Shown: positions 1 through 9,845 of the stretch, piece by piece
Position numbering within the stretch: position 1 is the first letter of the stretch
Layout: each line of letters starts with the position of its first letter
Assembly (NCBI GenBank): GCA_049514105.1
Contig: JBEKVJ010000010.1
Location: 3,405-67,404 of the forward strand
DNA from: Acidimicrobiales bacterium
GTDB lineage: Bacteria; Actinomycetota; Acidimicrobiia; Acidimicrobiales; Bog-793
Length of the DNA: 64,000 nt
Reading direction: 5' to 3'
The notes under the pieces: generated by a model
What the model was told of the DNA's origin: nothing
The model's database searches: none
What the model saw: the letters and a program-made list of their open reading frames with translations, nothing else
Translations under genes and position numbers: made by a program

Positions 1-1
1 G

Positions 2-502
2 CGCCTGGCACTTTCCGCTTCGCCAGGAGCCGATGGCTTGGTCATGCTCCCCTACCTCGAAGGTGAGCGGACTCCGAACCTCCCCGACGCCACGGGCTGC
101 CTTTATGGCCTTCGCCACAAGACCTCCACGCCGGCTCACCTCGCCCGGGCCGCTGTGGAGGGAGTGCTGTGCGGTCTGGCCGACGCTCTCGAGGCTCTCG
201 AGGCTCACGGGGTCACCATCGAACGCGTGCACCTGATCGGAGGAGGCAGCCGCTCCGAAGCGCTGCGTCGCATCGCCCCGACGGTCTTCGCACGCCCCGT
301 TCTCGTCCCGCCTCCGGGTGAATACGTCGCCGACGGCGCCGCATTCCAGGCCCGCTGGGTCCTCGATCCCGAACACCGGCCGGAGCCTTGGAGCTTCGAA
401 GGCTCGGAGCGTTTCGACGCCGCGCCGGTGCCTGGCGTCCGGGCGCGTTATGCGGAGGTACGCGACGACTACATCGCCGGTGCGCGCGCCACCGGCGACT
501 AG
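2..502 (+). CDS. xylB: xylulokinase, C-terminal part (5' end outside window)
   Basis: The frame of ORF 38..502 stays open to base 2. The translation (..[46 protein letters not shown]) is the conserved FGGY kinase C-terminal domain as in actinobacterial XylB. Confidence 0.75.
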   Translation, partial: RLALSASPGADGLVMLPYLEGERTPNLPDATGCLYGLRHKTSTPAHLARAAVEGVLCGLADALEALEAHGVTIERVHLIGGGSRSEALRRIAPTVFARPVLVPPPGEYVADGAAFQARWVLDPEHRPEPWSFEGSERFDAAPVPGVRARYAEVRDDYIAGARATGD

Positions 503-533
503 CCGCAGCGCAGGGCTCTCAGGGTTCGCACGG

Positions 534-1772
534 GTGCCGAGTGCGGGCGGGAGGAACGTTCGCGGCCCAGCTCGCCAGCAGCTGCTCAAGCGCCAGAATC
601 TCGCCCTTGTCCTCCGCCAGGTCGCTGAGTCGCCAAATCTGTCCCGGGCGCAGATCGCCGTTCACACCGGCCTGACAAAAGCGACGGTGTCGACCCTCGT
701 CGACGCCTTGATGGCTGCTGGGCTCGTGATCGAAAAGGACCCCGAACGCGGCCTCATGGGGCGCCCGGGAAGCCCGGTAGGTCTGAACAACCGAGGACCG
801 GCCGGTCTCGGCATCGAGATCAACGTCGACTACGTCTCGGTGTGCGTACTCGATCTCACCGGCACGGTTCGCTGGCAGACGACGACCCTCGCCGACAACC
901 GGCTCATGACTCCTGAGACCGTCCTCAAACTGGCCGCGCGGACCGCGGACTGCCTTTGCGCTAAGGCGGAGGCAGCAGGCCTCGAGATATCCGGGCTCGG
1001 GGTCGGAGTGCCGGGCTTGGTCGACTTTGCCGGAGTGCTCCACCGTGCTCCTAACCTGCGCGACTGGGAAGGCCTCGCGGTCGCTGATCTCCTCTGCGAG
1101 ATGCTGGGGCGGCCCCTCAGATCGCTTTACTGCGACAACGAAGCGAACCTCGCCGCCCTGGGCGAGCGCTGGTTCGCTAGCCGTGACGACTTGTCGGACT
1201 TCGTCTTCGTCTCGGGCGAGATCGGTGTTGGGGCCGGCATAGTCATAGGTGGCGAGCTGTTCCGTGGCGTCCAGGGACTTGGCGGTGAGCTCGGCCACGT
1301 CACCGTCGAGCCGTCGGGCCAGGCCTGCAGTTGCGGCAGCCGCGGATGTCTCGAGACCATTGCCGGCATCGAAGCCCTGCTCGAGGCGAGCGGGGGGTCA
1401 CCGGCCGAGACGCGAAGCGACCATTCGGCCGAGGCGCTCCTGGCCCGGGCGCTCGCCGATGAGCCGGCTACGCTCGCAGCGCTCGAAAGAGCCGGGAGAG
1501 CCCTCGGGGTCGCCCTCGGTGCCTTTCTCAACGTCTTGGACCTGCCGACGGTGGTGCTCGGCGGCTTCTACGCTCTCCTGGCACCGTGGCTGACAGGGCC
1601 GGTGTCAGACGAGCTACGCGAGCGGGTCGTGAACTACTCCTGGTCTTCCACCGAGGTCGTCGTGTCGTCGCTCGGTGCCGAGGCCTCCGTCCAAGGCGCC
1701 GCCGGCATCACCCTGAGACGGATCATCGATGACCCGGCCGGTTTGTTCGAAGACATCTTGACCAAGTCCTGA
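534..1772 (+). CDS. ROK family transcriptional regulator (XylR-like)
   Basis: ORF 318..1772 overlaps xylB; GTG 534 is the first in-frame start after the xylB stop. N-terminal wHTH (LSRAQIAVHTGLTKATVSTLVDAL), then a ROK fold with the Cys cluster CSCGSRGC. It lies next to xylB. Confidence 0.75.
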   Translation: MPSAGGRNVRGPARQQLLKRQNLALVLRQVAESPNLSRAQIAVHTGLTKATVSTLVDALMAAGLVIEKDPERGLMGRPGSPVGLNNRGPAGLGIEINVDYVSVCVLDLTGTVRWQTTTLADNRLMTPETVLKLAARTADCLCAKAEAAGLEISGLGVGVPGLVDFAGVLHRAPNLRDWEGLAVADLLCEMLGRPLRSLYCDNEANLAALGERWFASRDDLSDFVFVSGEIGVGAGIVIGGELFRGVQGLGGELGHVTVEPSGQACSCGSRGCLETIAGIEALLEASGGSPAETRSDHSAEALLARALADEPATLAALERAGRALGVALGAFLNVLDLPTVVLGGFYALLAPWLTGPVSDELRERVVNYSWSSTEVVVSSLGAEASVQGAAGITLRRIIDDPAGLFEDILTKS

Positions 1773-1799
1773 TCTCGGCCGATCAGCGCCAGGACCTGC

Positions 1800-2837
1800 T
1801 CAGCCGGCGCGGTAGATGCCGTAGCGCTTGGCTGACTCGACTAGGGCGTGGATGTTGTCAGCCGGAGTGGCCGGCGCCATCGCGCACCCCGGGCCGAGAA
1901 TGAAGCCACCTCCGGGCTTGCATATCTCGATGAGCTCGCGACAGGCCTGTTCGACCTCTGAAGCCGAGCCGAGGGCGAGCAGGCCCGTGTCCAGGTTGCC
2001 GAGAAGGCAGGTCGCATTGCGCGACGCCGCCTTGATGGTTGTGGCGTCGGTCTTGTGGTCGATCTCGAGCACCTGGGCACCGGTGGCGATGAAGTCCTCG
2101 GTGATCGCCTCGGTGTTGCCGCAGATGTGCAGGTGCAAGATGATCCCGTGCTCTTTTAGCTCTGAGACCATTCGATGCTCCTCCGCCCAGGCATAGCGTC
2201 GGTAGTGCGTCGGGGAAATCATGGCCGGCCCGGCTATCGGCTCGCCGATCGAGGTGGAGTGGCCCCCGGACTCGATCAGGGCATAGGCGTACCGGGTCGC
2301 CACGCGTCTTGAGTAGTCGAGCAGGGCATGGACGAGGTCCTCCTCCTCGCCAAGGGCAATGTCCATCATGAACTCGCTGATTCCCCTGAGTTGCGCGGAC
2401 AGGTCCATAGGCCCCTGGTCCGCCCGGGCACAGATCCAGACCCTGTCGCCTAGCTCGCGCTTTAGGATCCGCGTTGCCTTCAAGATCTCCGACATCGGAA
2501 ATGTCACATAAGGATCGGGCACCTCGAGCTCATCGACCATAGAGAGGGAGTCGAGAAGGGCCTTTCCGGTCACTGGCGCCGCGTCGTCGCGATAGCGCAC
2601 CTGGGCGCCGCACGCCTCGGCGTTGCAAGCAGTGCCGTTCTCCAACAGGATCATGTCGTGGCCGAACTCGCGCCAAGCAACGAGCATCGCTTCGGCGAGG
2701 AGCTCGCCGTCGCGGAATACCTCCGACATCGCTAGGCCCGAAGCTAAGGCCGCCACCTGGAAGTTGTGCAGGTCGACAGGAACACGGTCAGGCTCGCGCA
2801 ACCCGATCGCGGTCGCCACGCGCTCGACAGAGTTCAT
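1800..2837 (-). CDS. uroporphyrinogen decarboxylase (URO-D/MtaA-like) family protein, not in a heme context
   Basis: 345-aa ORF with URO-D family TIM-barrel features (DRVPVDL N-terminus, HLHICGNTEAI, ILGPGCA). It is the last gene of a minus-strand sugar-kinase operon. Confidence 0.6.
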   Translation of the reverse strand: MNSVERVATAIGLREPDRVPVDLHNFQVAALASGLAMSEVFRDGELLAEAMLVAWREFGHDMILLENGTACNAEACGAQVRYRDDAAPVTGKALLDSLSMVDELEVPDPYVTFPMSEILKATRILKRELGDRVWICARADQGPMDLSAQLRGISEFMMDIALGEEEDLVHALLDYSRRVATRYAYALIESGGHSTSIGEPIAGPAMISPTHYRRYAWAEEHRMVSELKEHGIILHLHICGNTEAITEDFIATGAQVLEIDHKTDATTIKAASRNATCLLGNLDTGLLALGSASEVEQACRELIEICKPGGGFILGPGCAMAPATPADNIHALVESAKRYGIYRAG

Positions 2838-2861
2838 CTTTGGCCTCCTAACAGACTGGGC

Positions 2862-3953
2862 TCAAGGCAGCTGAGCCCCACCCGTGACAGCCTTGACCAT
2901 CGCCCAGAAGTTCTCGAGCGGCGTGTCCAGCTGCACGTGATGTGTCGGCGCCAGGATCAGGCCACCGCCTTCGCCGAGCGTCGCGATACGCTCGGCGACT
3001 TGTGCGCTGACCTCGTCGGGACTGCCGAAGGGAAGCGTGTACTGCTCGTCCACCGACCCCCAAAAACATAGGTCCCTTCCGTACTCGCGCTTTAGGCGCA
3101 CGGCATCCATCGCCGCGGGCTGGACTGGGTTCAAGACGTCGAGCCCGATCTCGATCAGCTCCGCGATGACTGCATAGACGCAGCCGTCGGTGTGGTAGGC
3201 GACCTTCAGGTCCGGGTTGATCGTCTTCAGGCGCTCGATGAAATGCGCCATCCGCGGCTTTAGGAATCGCCGCCAGTGCTTTGGCGAGATGAGCATGCCT
3301 TGCTGTTGGCCGATGTCGTCGCCAAGCCAGATCATGTCCACACCCAGCTCCACGAGCCTCTCGGCAGCCGCGAGGTGATAGCGATAAGGGATCTCCAATA
3401 TCCCATCCGCGAGAGCAGGGTCGTCGATGAAGTCCGTCAGCATCTGCTCGAATCCGCGAAGGGCCCACGCAGTCTCGAAGATCGTCGTGACCGTGGACCC
3501 GACTATCCAGTACTGCGAGCCGTGCGCGACGAGGAGCTGCTCGGCCTCGCTGTACAGCTCCGGGCGTGTCGGGTCAGGAGCCTCGTAGCGAGCCAGCGCA
3601 TCGCGACCCGCGCCGGCGAGGGGATGGCCGACCGGCTCGGTGTAGTGGCCAAGGCCGAAGGGTGTCTTGTAGGCGACTGATTTCCAGGCAATACCCCACT
3701 CGTCGACGTACTCGCTGCCCTCGCCGTAGTACGAGTTCGCCCAGCCCACCGAGGTGATGAGGATGTCCTGGTCGAGGGCGATCTCCAGATCACAGGGATT
3801 ACCCGCGCCGTGCGGATTGTGCGCCCCGGCGCCATCCTCGAGACCCATGTCGACACGGATCCGCTCGGCGAACTCCGGGGTGAAAGTCGCTTGCCAAGGG
3901 CATCGGTCCGACGTCGTGTGGTTGAGCGCTGCGGCGACACGTTCGCGGTGCAT
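2862..3953 (-). CDS. uroporphyrinogen decarboxylase family protein (divergent paralogue)
   Basis: ORF 2862..3998; start moved to ATG 3953 (MHRERVAAALNH..). YHTDGCVYAVIAELIEIGLDVLNPVQP and LILAPTHHVQ are typical of the URO-D family. 24-nt gap to the downstream paralogue. Confidence 0.6.
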   Translation of the reverse strand: MHRERVAAALNHTTSDRCPWQATFTPEFAERIRVDMGLEDGAGAHNPHGAGNPCDLEIALDQDILITSVGWANSYYGEGSEYVDEWGIAWKSVAYKTPFGLGHYTEPVGHPLAGAGRDALARYEAPDPTRPELYSEAEQLLVAHGSQYWIVGSTVTTIFETAWALRGFEQMLTDFIDDPALADGILEIPYRYHLAAAERLVELGVDMIWLGDDIGQQQGMLISPKHWRRFLKPRMAHFIERLKTINPDLKVAYHTDGCVYAVIAELIEIGLDVLNPVQPAAMDAVRLKREYGRDLCFWGSVDEQYTLPFGSPDEVSAQVAERIATLGEGGGLILAPTHHVQLDTPLENFWAMVKAVTGGAQLP

Positions 3954-4089
3954 CTTTGCCTCGCTTTTCTGTTCGCAGACGCCGGCGCCACAGGCCATGG
4001 CCGGGAACCGGTACCGCTAGCGACCTCAGGCACACTGTAACCAGGCCCGGGCTGTCAGTCGATGTGACTGCAAGCCCGAAAGGAGCTTG

Positions 4090-5772
4090 TCAGGCGGGAT
4101 TCGACAAAGCGCCGAGACGGATCTGCTTTAGGTGGTGAAGCCACTCGACGTGGTCACGACCGAGCGCGTCGTGTAGGGACCGAAAGACCGAGTAGAGCTC
4201 GTCATAGGTCGCATGGGACTGCGCCGAGGGCTCGTAGCGACGCGACATGCCCGGTCTCAGAGCGCCGAGAGCGGTCTCGAAGTCGTCGAAGCCACCGCTT
4301 TGTGAACCAGCCGCGAGTGCCGCGCACACAGCCGCGCCCCGGGCGGGAATCTGGCTCGAGGCGGGGATCGTGACGGCAAGCCCGGTCACGTCCGCTAACA
4401 GTTGCATCATGAGCGCGCTGCGCTCGGCGATGCCGCCGCAAGCGACGATCTCGCCGATGGCGACGTCATTCTCGACGAAGTTCTCGATGATCCGCCGTGT
4501 CCCGAAGGCCACCGACTCGAGCAACGACCTGTAGATCTCGACAGGCGTCGTCGCCAGGGTGAGACCTGCGATAACCCCGGACAGGTCCGCGTCGCCGAGG
4601 ATCGTCCGGTTGCCGTTCCACCAGTCAAGAGCGACGAGCCCGCTCGCACCGGGCGCGAGCATCGCCGCTTCTCGCTCGAAATCATCGTGCCAGCTGCCTG
4701 GCGAGGCGGCCTCCCGGCTGTTCAGGCTCAACAGGCGACCGAACCAGGCGAACATGTCCCCGACGGCGGCCTGGCCGGCCTCGTAGCCGAAGAAGCCCGG
4801 CAGAATCCCGTCTTCGACGACCCCTGTTATCCCCGCCATGCGCGACTCGTGACGGTCGATGACAAGGTCGCAGATCGACGTGCCGACAACCATCAAGAAA
4901 ACCCCGGGGCTTTGCACCCCGGCCCCGGGAACCGACACGAATGAGTCGACGTTGCCAGCCGCTACAGCCACCGAGGGGCTAAGGCCGAGGCGGGAGGCGA
5001 CCTCGGCCCGCAGTGTCCCGGCGCGGCTACCGGGGGGGACGAAGCTCATGCCGAGTTTCTCGCTCGCGTCCGGAAAGCCTGGGAAAGCAGCTTCGAAGTA
5101 CTCCCGGGACGGCAGGCCGTCGCTCGGGGTCCAGCACGCCTTGTAGCCGGCAGAGCAGCTGGCACGCACGAGCGAGCCGGTGAGGTGCCACACGACCCAG
5201 TCCGTCGCCTCGACGAACGCGCTCATGGCCTCATAGACGGGACGGTCCTTCTGCCATATCTCGATGAGCTTGGGGAAGTACCACTCCGAGGACAGCCGTC
5301 CCCCGTAGCGGGAGAGGAAAGCCTCGTTGCGCTCGATCGCAACTTCGTTCAAGCGGTCCGCGACCGGTTGGGCAGAATGGTGCTTCCAGAGCTTTACCCA
5401 GGCATGAGGGCGATCGGCCCACTGCGCGATCTGACACAGTGGCGTGCCGTCATCGGTCACCGGCAGAACTGTGCAACAGGTGAAGTCGATGCCGAGACCG
5501 ATCACCTCCTCGGCCGACACCTTGCCGGCCGCGAGCGCTTCGGGGATTCCCCGGTAGAGGACCTCTAGGTAGTCGGCGGGGTCTTGCAGCGCCGTGTCCG
5601 GTGGGAGGTCCGCGCCCGTAGATGTGAGCCTCTGGTCGATGACTCCGTGGGAGTAGCGGACCTCGGACACCGCAAGCTCCTCCGCGCTGGCGAGATCGAG
5701 CAACAGCACGCGGCCTGATTCGGTTCCGAAATCGACCCCGATCGCCACACGGCGGGCCCCAGGCGCGCTCAC
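4090..5772 (-). CDS. araB: ribulokinase
   Basis: 560-aa FGGY kinase that matches AraB along its whole length (GVDFGTESGR, KLWKHHSAQ, SSEWYFPK, GVVEDGILPGFFGYEAGQAAVGD, LDWWNGNR). Confidence 0.85.
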   Translation of the reverse strand: MSAPGARRVAIGVDFGTESGRVLLLDLASAEELAVSEVRYSHGVIDQRLTSTGADLPPDTALQDPADYLEVLYRGIPEALAAGKVSAEEVIGLGIDFTCCTVLPVTDDGTPLCQIAQWADRPHAWVKLWKHHSAQPVADRLNEVAIERNEAFLSRYGGRLSSEWYFPKLIEIWQKDRPVYEAMSAFVEATDWVVWHLTGSLVRASCSAGYKACWTPSDGLPSREYFEAAFPGFPDASEKLGMSFVPPGSRAGTLRAEVASRLGLSPSVAVAAGNVDSFVSVPGAGVQSPGVFLMVVGTSICDLVIDRHESRMAGITGVVEDGILPGFFGYEAGQAAVGDMFAWFGRLLSLNSREAASPGSWHDDFEREAAMLAPGASGLVALDWWNGNRTILGDADLSGVIAGLTLATTPVEIYRSLLESVAFGTRRIIENFVENDVAIGEIVACGGIAERSALMMQLLADVTGLAVTIPASSQIPARGAAVCAALAAGSQSGGFDDFETALGALRPGMSRRYEPSAQSHATYDELYSVFRSLHDALGRDHVEWLHHLKQIRLGALSNPA

Positions 5773-5950
5773 GATCCGACTGCCTCGGCACCTTGGCGCT
5801 TGCCGCCGCTCACGATTGCAAAGAGGTATTCACTTGAATCGGGTCCGTAACCCACCTCGTACCAGAGCATTTCGCCATTATGGCGCGCTTGGCCCCTACA
5901 ACGTCATGGCCGCGACCGGCCGCACGAAGCGAATATCTCCCTAGCTGGAT

Positions 5951-7300
5951 TCAAGAGCCCGGCGACATCGAAGTGAAGAGATCGTCGATCGCGTCATCGA
6001 GTCTGCCTTGGCCTTCTAAGAAATCGAGGACTGTGTAGCGGGGCCGGATCCGGTTTGCCCATCGAAAACACGTCCTGAGCGTCGCCGCATCCAAGTCGAG
6101 GAATCCGGGCTCTGATGGGATACCGGCAATTGACAGCGCCTCGGCGATAACGGGGAACACCGCGACTGGCGCGCCTACGCGCTCTTTGACCTCGGCCCAT
6201 CGTGCAGCTGTCGACGGCCACCTCGAAGCGTGCTCGGCAAGAAAGCGGCGCTTTTGCTCCATCACTTCATCAACCTGAGTGTCGTGACCAGCGAAGAGGC
6301 GGCGCATCTCGTCGTCCCCACGAGCGGGCGGTCGGGGCGGTGAGAGCTCGGACAGTGCGCCTGCGAAGGCATGAAGCTGAAGCCGCATCGCGAAACCCGT
6401 TGCGTACCCGACCTGGAGGCCATGGGGCGCATGAGCTCGCCGGCCGTTGGCCGCCAGCAAGTCTAAGAAGTGTGAGACCTGATGCTCGCAACCGCTCGCG
6501 GGCCGAGAACTGCCGACCATCGCGATTGCGATCCCAGACTCGACCAGACCACTCAAGAAGGTGCCTGCGGCCTCGGGCGAGCCTGCGAGGATGTCGTGGA
6601 TATGACTGGCGGTTTGCAACAGCGCCTCTGCCACGCGCTTTTCGACCTCGACGCACAGGTACTCGCCGTACAAGCAGTGAGCGGCCACCCAGTCGGTCCG
6701 TGCCGACGCCTTGCCCAGCAGATCTCCGATACCGGCGCGTGTCATGTCTAAGGGAGCAGACGCGATCGTGTCGGGCTCGGCGAAGATCGCGATCGGGGGA
6801 GGGGCCGTGTAGCTCGTCTTCATCCCCCCGAACTCCATGACCGCCACGCCTGAGGCGTACCCATCCATCGAGGCAGCCGTCGGCACGCTCACGAACTCGC
6901 GCCCGAGGCGGCTCGCGACGTACCGGGTCAAGTCGGTGATCACCCCGGATCCGACCGAGAAAATCGAATCAGTGTCAACCTTTCTCAACGCAGCTTCGAG
7001 GCGCGTCACGTTGAGCTCGTCAGCGAGCAGGCCTTTGCGCTCGGGATAGCTGAAACTCCTGACCGCCATGCCGACACTTGAGAGCGCGCTGGTAACGCGC
7101 GAACCAGCCACCTCCTCTGTGTTCGCGTCCATGACGACAAATGGCCTCGTCCAGTGTCGTCCCTGGGCATAGGAGACCAGGTAGTCAACGGCGGCATCAT
7201 CGATCACGACAACCTCGATTGGAACGCGGTGCACCTGTCCGCAGGCGCACCGATCAGCGGTTCCCGAACGCGCCCCGATTGGAGTGGACATTGACCTCAC
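5951..7300 (-). CDS. iron-dependent alcohol dehydrogenase / sn-glycerol-1-phosphate dehydrogenase-like protein (AraM-like)
   Basis: 449-aa ORF with a DHQS/Fe-ADH-like fold (FSVGSGVITDLTRY nucleotide loop, conserved His pair HQVSH..APHG). First gene of the operon, directly upstream of araB, as araM is linked to araB in Bacillus. Confidence 0.5.
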   Translation of the reverse strand: MRSMSTPIGARSGTADRCACGQVHRVPIEVVVIDDAAVDYLVSYAQGRHWTRPFVVMDANTEEVAGSRVTSALSSVGMAVRSFSYPERKGLLADELNVTRLEAALRKVDTDSIFSVGSGVITDLTRYVASRLGREFVSVPTAASMDGYASGVAVMEFGGMKTSYTAPPPIAIFAEPDTIASAPLDMTRAGIGDLLGKASARTDWVAAHCLYGEYLCVEVEKRVAEALLQTASHIHDILAGSPEAAGTFLSGLVESGIAIAMVGSSRPASGCEHQVSHFLDLLAANGRRAHAPHGLQVGYATGFAMRLQLHAFAGALSELSPPRPPARGDDEMRRLFAGHDTQVDEVMEQKRRFLAEHASRWPSTAARWAEVKERVGAPVAVFPVIAEALSIAGIPSEPGFLDLDAATLRTCFRWANRIRPRYTVLDFLEGQGRLDDAIDDLFTSMSPGS

Positions 7301-7550
7301 TGCCTCGAAGGGGGCCGTCGCACTGGACGAGGGCCGAGATGCCCCTTACCGCCTCCAAGTGTGCCGTATCGCTCAGCGACGCCGCCAACTTTGGACAAGA
7401 ACAGTCGCGCCGGGCCGGCTCGGGACCCTCACCACCAGCAGTCACGGCTCAATCGACCGTTCCTAAGAAAACTGCCCTGGGCGCGAACCACTCTGATCCG
7501 CCAAGAGCTACCGTCCGCACTGCGGACCTCGGCTGTCAAGGCAGTGACCC

Positions 7551-9101
7551 ATGTTGCGACCTAGCAGACACACAATCTCCCCTGGCAAAGTCGCAGTGGT
7601 AGGTGTCCTACTTGCCGCCTGCTCGAGCACCGCCTCTGTCGGCACTGGTCACTCGTCCAGCACCGAGACGACGAAGGCAACCACCACGACGACGATGCCA
7701 GTGACCATCGACCGCGGTGCCGGCGTGAAGTTGACATCTGCCTCGGAGTCGTCTTGCCCGGTCGCAACATACGGTCCGCAGTTCTATGCGCCAACGATCC
7801 CAAGTGGTGGGAAGACCGTGGCCCTCACCTTCGACGACGGGCCAGGTCCGAGTACACCGGCGATCCTCGCCATCCTCGAGGAGTACGGAGTCCGTGCCAC
7901 CTTCTTCAACGTCGGCCTGCAAGAACTGGCATGGCCGGCGAACCTGCAAGCCGAGGCGCGAGCCGGGTTCCTCGTTGGGAATCACACTTTCAATCACCCG
8001 GACATGACCAAATTGTCGAGAAAGACACAGGCGGCCGAGCTGGACAGAGTCATAAACCGACAGGAGATACTCACGGGCACCTCGCCGTGTGTGTTCCGGC
8101 CGCCATACGGCGACTACGACGCCACAACTCTCCACCTCGTCCAAGAGCGCCACATGGCCGTGTGGATGTGGAGCGTCGACACCGAGGACTGGGAAGCCGA
8201 AGGCTCCTCCTCCGCGTACTGGGTCGACCGCATCGTCTCGCTGGCTGAGTCAGAAGGCGGTGTACTTCAACACCCCGTCGTGCTGTTCCACAACGGGCAG
8301 ATCCCGATGCCCGCAACCGTGGCGGCACTGCCGGTGGTAATCCAGTACTTCAAGAGCCACGGTTACACCTTTGTCGACCTGCTCGGCGACAGCGGGCCGC
8401 CGGCTGGCTGCTCGCCCCAGACCGCGGCGCCGTCGCCGTCCGCCACCTTGGTCGAGCCGGGTCAGCGGATCGGAGCGGGTGCATCAGTCGACTCGCCCGG
8501 CGGCCAGTACCGCCTCGTGATGCAGACCGACGGCAACCTCGTGCTCTCGGTGGCCGGTGGGCGGGATCTGTGGGCTTCGGGAACCGAGGGCTCACGTCGC
8601 GCCTATGTCGTCATGGAGCCCGACGGCGACCTCGTCATCTTCTCGCACTCAAAGCAAAGGTTGTGGGAGACGGGTACACAACGACACCCTGGCGCCGAGC
8701 TCGCAGTCCAAAGCGGCGGCGGCCTTGTCATCTACGACGCATTGAAGCCTTTGTGGTCCGCGGGGTCTTCCAATTTCGAACTCGGAGCGGGGGAACATCT
8801 CGATTCGGGCTGGTACCTGCAATCGCCGGCCGGGGAATGCCGCCTTGTCATGAAAAGGGACGGGAACCTGACGCTTTACTCGGCCAACGGTCGGATCTTG
8901 TGGGCATCGGGGACGGCGGGTTCGCCTGGTGCCTACGCGGTCATGGAGACCGACGGCAACCTCGTCGTCGATTCAGCCACGAACCAGACGCTTTGGGAGA
9001 GCCGGACCGACGCCAAGTCCGGTGCGCGGCTCGTCATGACCCAGCAAGCCGAAGCAGCCATCGAGCTCTCAACGGGCTCTGTAATCTGGCAGCCCAGCTG
9101 A
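7551..9101 (+). CDS. lipoprotein: CE4 polysaccharide deacetylase (NodB) fused to two bulb-type (mannose-binding) lectin domains
   Basis: Lipobox LLAAC. CE4 motifs TFDDGP, NHTFNHP and FRPPYG. The C-terminal half has four QxDGNLV-type beta-prism repeats (QTDGNLVLS, EPDGDLVIF, KRDGNLTLY, ETDGNLVVD). Confidence 0.75.
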   Translation: MLRPSRHTISPGKVAVVGVLLAACSSTASVGTGHSSSTETTKATTTTTMPVTIDRGAGVKLTSASESSCPVATYGPQFYAPTIPSGGKTVALTFDDGPGPSTPAILAILEEYGVRATFFNVGLQELAWPANLQAEARAGFLVGNHTFNHPDMTKLSRKTQAAELDRVINRQEILTGTSPCVFRPPYGDYDATTLHLVQERHMAVWMWSVDTEDWEAEGSSSAYWVDRIVSLAESEGGVLQHPVVLFHNGQIPMPATVAALPVVIQYFKSHGYTFVDLLGDSGPPAGCSPQTAAPSPSATLVEPGQRIGAGASVDSPGGQYRLVMQTDGNLVLSVAGGRDLWASGTEGSRRAYVVMEPDGDLVIFSHSKQRLWETGTQRHPGAELAVQSGGGLVIYDALKPLWSAGSSNFELGAGEHLDSGWYLQSPAGECRLVMKRDGNLTLYSANGRILWASGTAGSPGAYAVMETDGNLVVDSATNQTLWESRTDAKSGARLVMTQQAEAAIELSTGSVIWQPS

Positions 9102-9334
9102 TCGTCTCCCCCCTGCATCGGCGGTCACTGATTACGAGGCACAGACAAGGCGCCGCCACCGCGAAGAGGGCCGACCTCTACGTCAATCCAATCGGAGCGA
9201 TGGCGAGGTTGAGCGAGCTGTCAGCTATTTGGGTGCGCTCGCAAGCACGTCGCTTACGTGGCGGATCTAGCCCGACGCAGCGCGGGGCCTGAGGTAGGTG
9301 TCTTATTGAGTAAGAACACCTCTTTGGAGGCTCG

Positions 9335-9844
9335 ATGGGACAAATGGAGGGACAAGCTGAGTTCGAGCTGTTCTTCCACAACTACGCCCATCGTCTCGTC
9401 GGAGAGGCATTCTGTCTCACCGGCGACCGCCAAGATGGCCAGGACCTCGCTCAAGATGTCCTCGTGCGCGTCTGGCAGCACTGGGACACCGTCGCGTTGT
9501 GCGACCACCCTGAGGCCTGGGCCCGTCGTGTCATGCGGAACCTCGCCTCCAACCGCTGGCGGCGCTCCAAGCTCGAGAGGCGGCACTCACAGCTCGTGGT
9601 CAACGAACAGGACCCCGGGCCTGATTCTGGCTATCTCGACATCATCGATGCGCTCGGACGCCTCGCTGCGCGTCCCCGTCAGGCCATGGTCCTTCACGCT
9701 GTCGTAGGGCTGAGTGTCGAGGAGATCGCGGCTGAGCTCGAAGTGCCGACCGGCACTGTCAGGTCGTGGCTGCACAGGAGCAGGGCGATCCTGGCAGCTC
9801 ATATCGAACAGACGGTGCCTGCCGCCGTCCCCGGAGGTGACTGA
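9335..9844 (+). CDS. ECF-type RNA polymerase sigma factor
   Basis: 169 aa. Region 2 (DGQDLAQDVLVRVWQHW) and region 4 HTH (LSVEEIAAELEVPTGTVRSWLHRSR). GGAGG RBS upstream. Confidence 0.85.
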   Translation: MGQMEGQAEFELFFHNYAHRLVGEAFCLTGDRQDGQDLAQDVLVRVWQHWDTVALCDHPEAWARRVMRNLASNRWRRSKLERRHSQLVVNEQDPGPDSGYLDIIDALGRLAARPRQAMVLHAVVGLSVEEIAAELEVPTGTVRSWLHRSRAILAAHIEQTVPAAVPGGD

Positions 9845-9845
9845 G

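Noticed and set aside
318-533. N-terminal extension of the ROK regulator ORF overlapping xylB. The same kind of extension occurs at 25177-25596, 29051-29161, 30043-30138, 31050-31157, 32243-32311, 9714-9845, 57565-57717, 40058-40246, 36798-36908 and 52299-52457.
   Set aside because: The extensions overlap the preceding gene, have no family homology, and better starts with an RBS or stop-start coupling exist downstream.
1800-3953. Calling the two URO-D-fold genes hemE (heme biosynthesis)
   Set aside because: There are two divergent paralogues inside a sugar-kinase operon with no other hem genes. The family also contains non-heme enzymes (MtaA/CmuA type), so only the family name is supportable.
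9285-9320. Imperfect hairpin AGGTGTCTTA-TTGAG-TAAGAACACCT upstream of the ECF sigma gene as a regulatory RNA element
   Set aside because: The stem has a bulge, I have no comparative support, and no recognisable ECF -35/-10 (GGAAC/CGT) lies nearby. Evidence is too weak to list as a feature.
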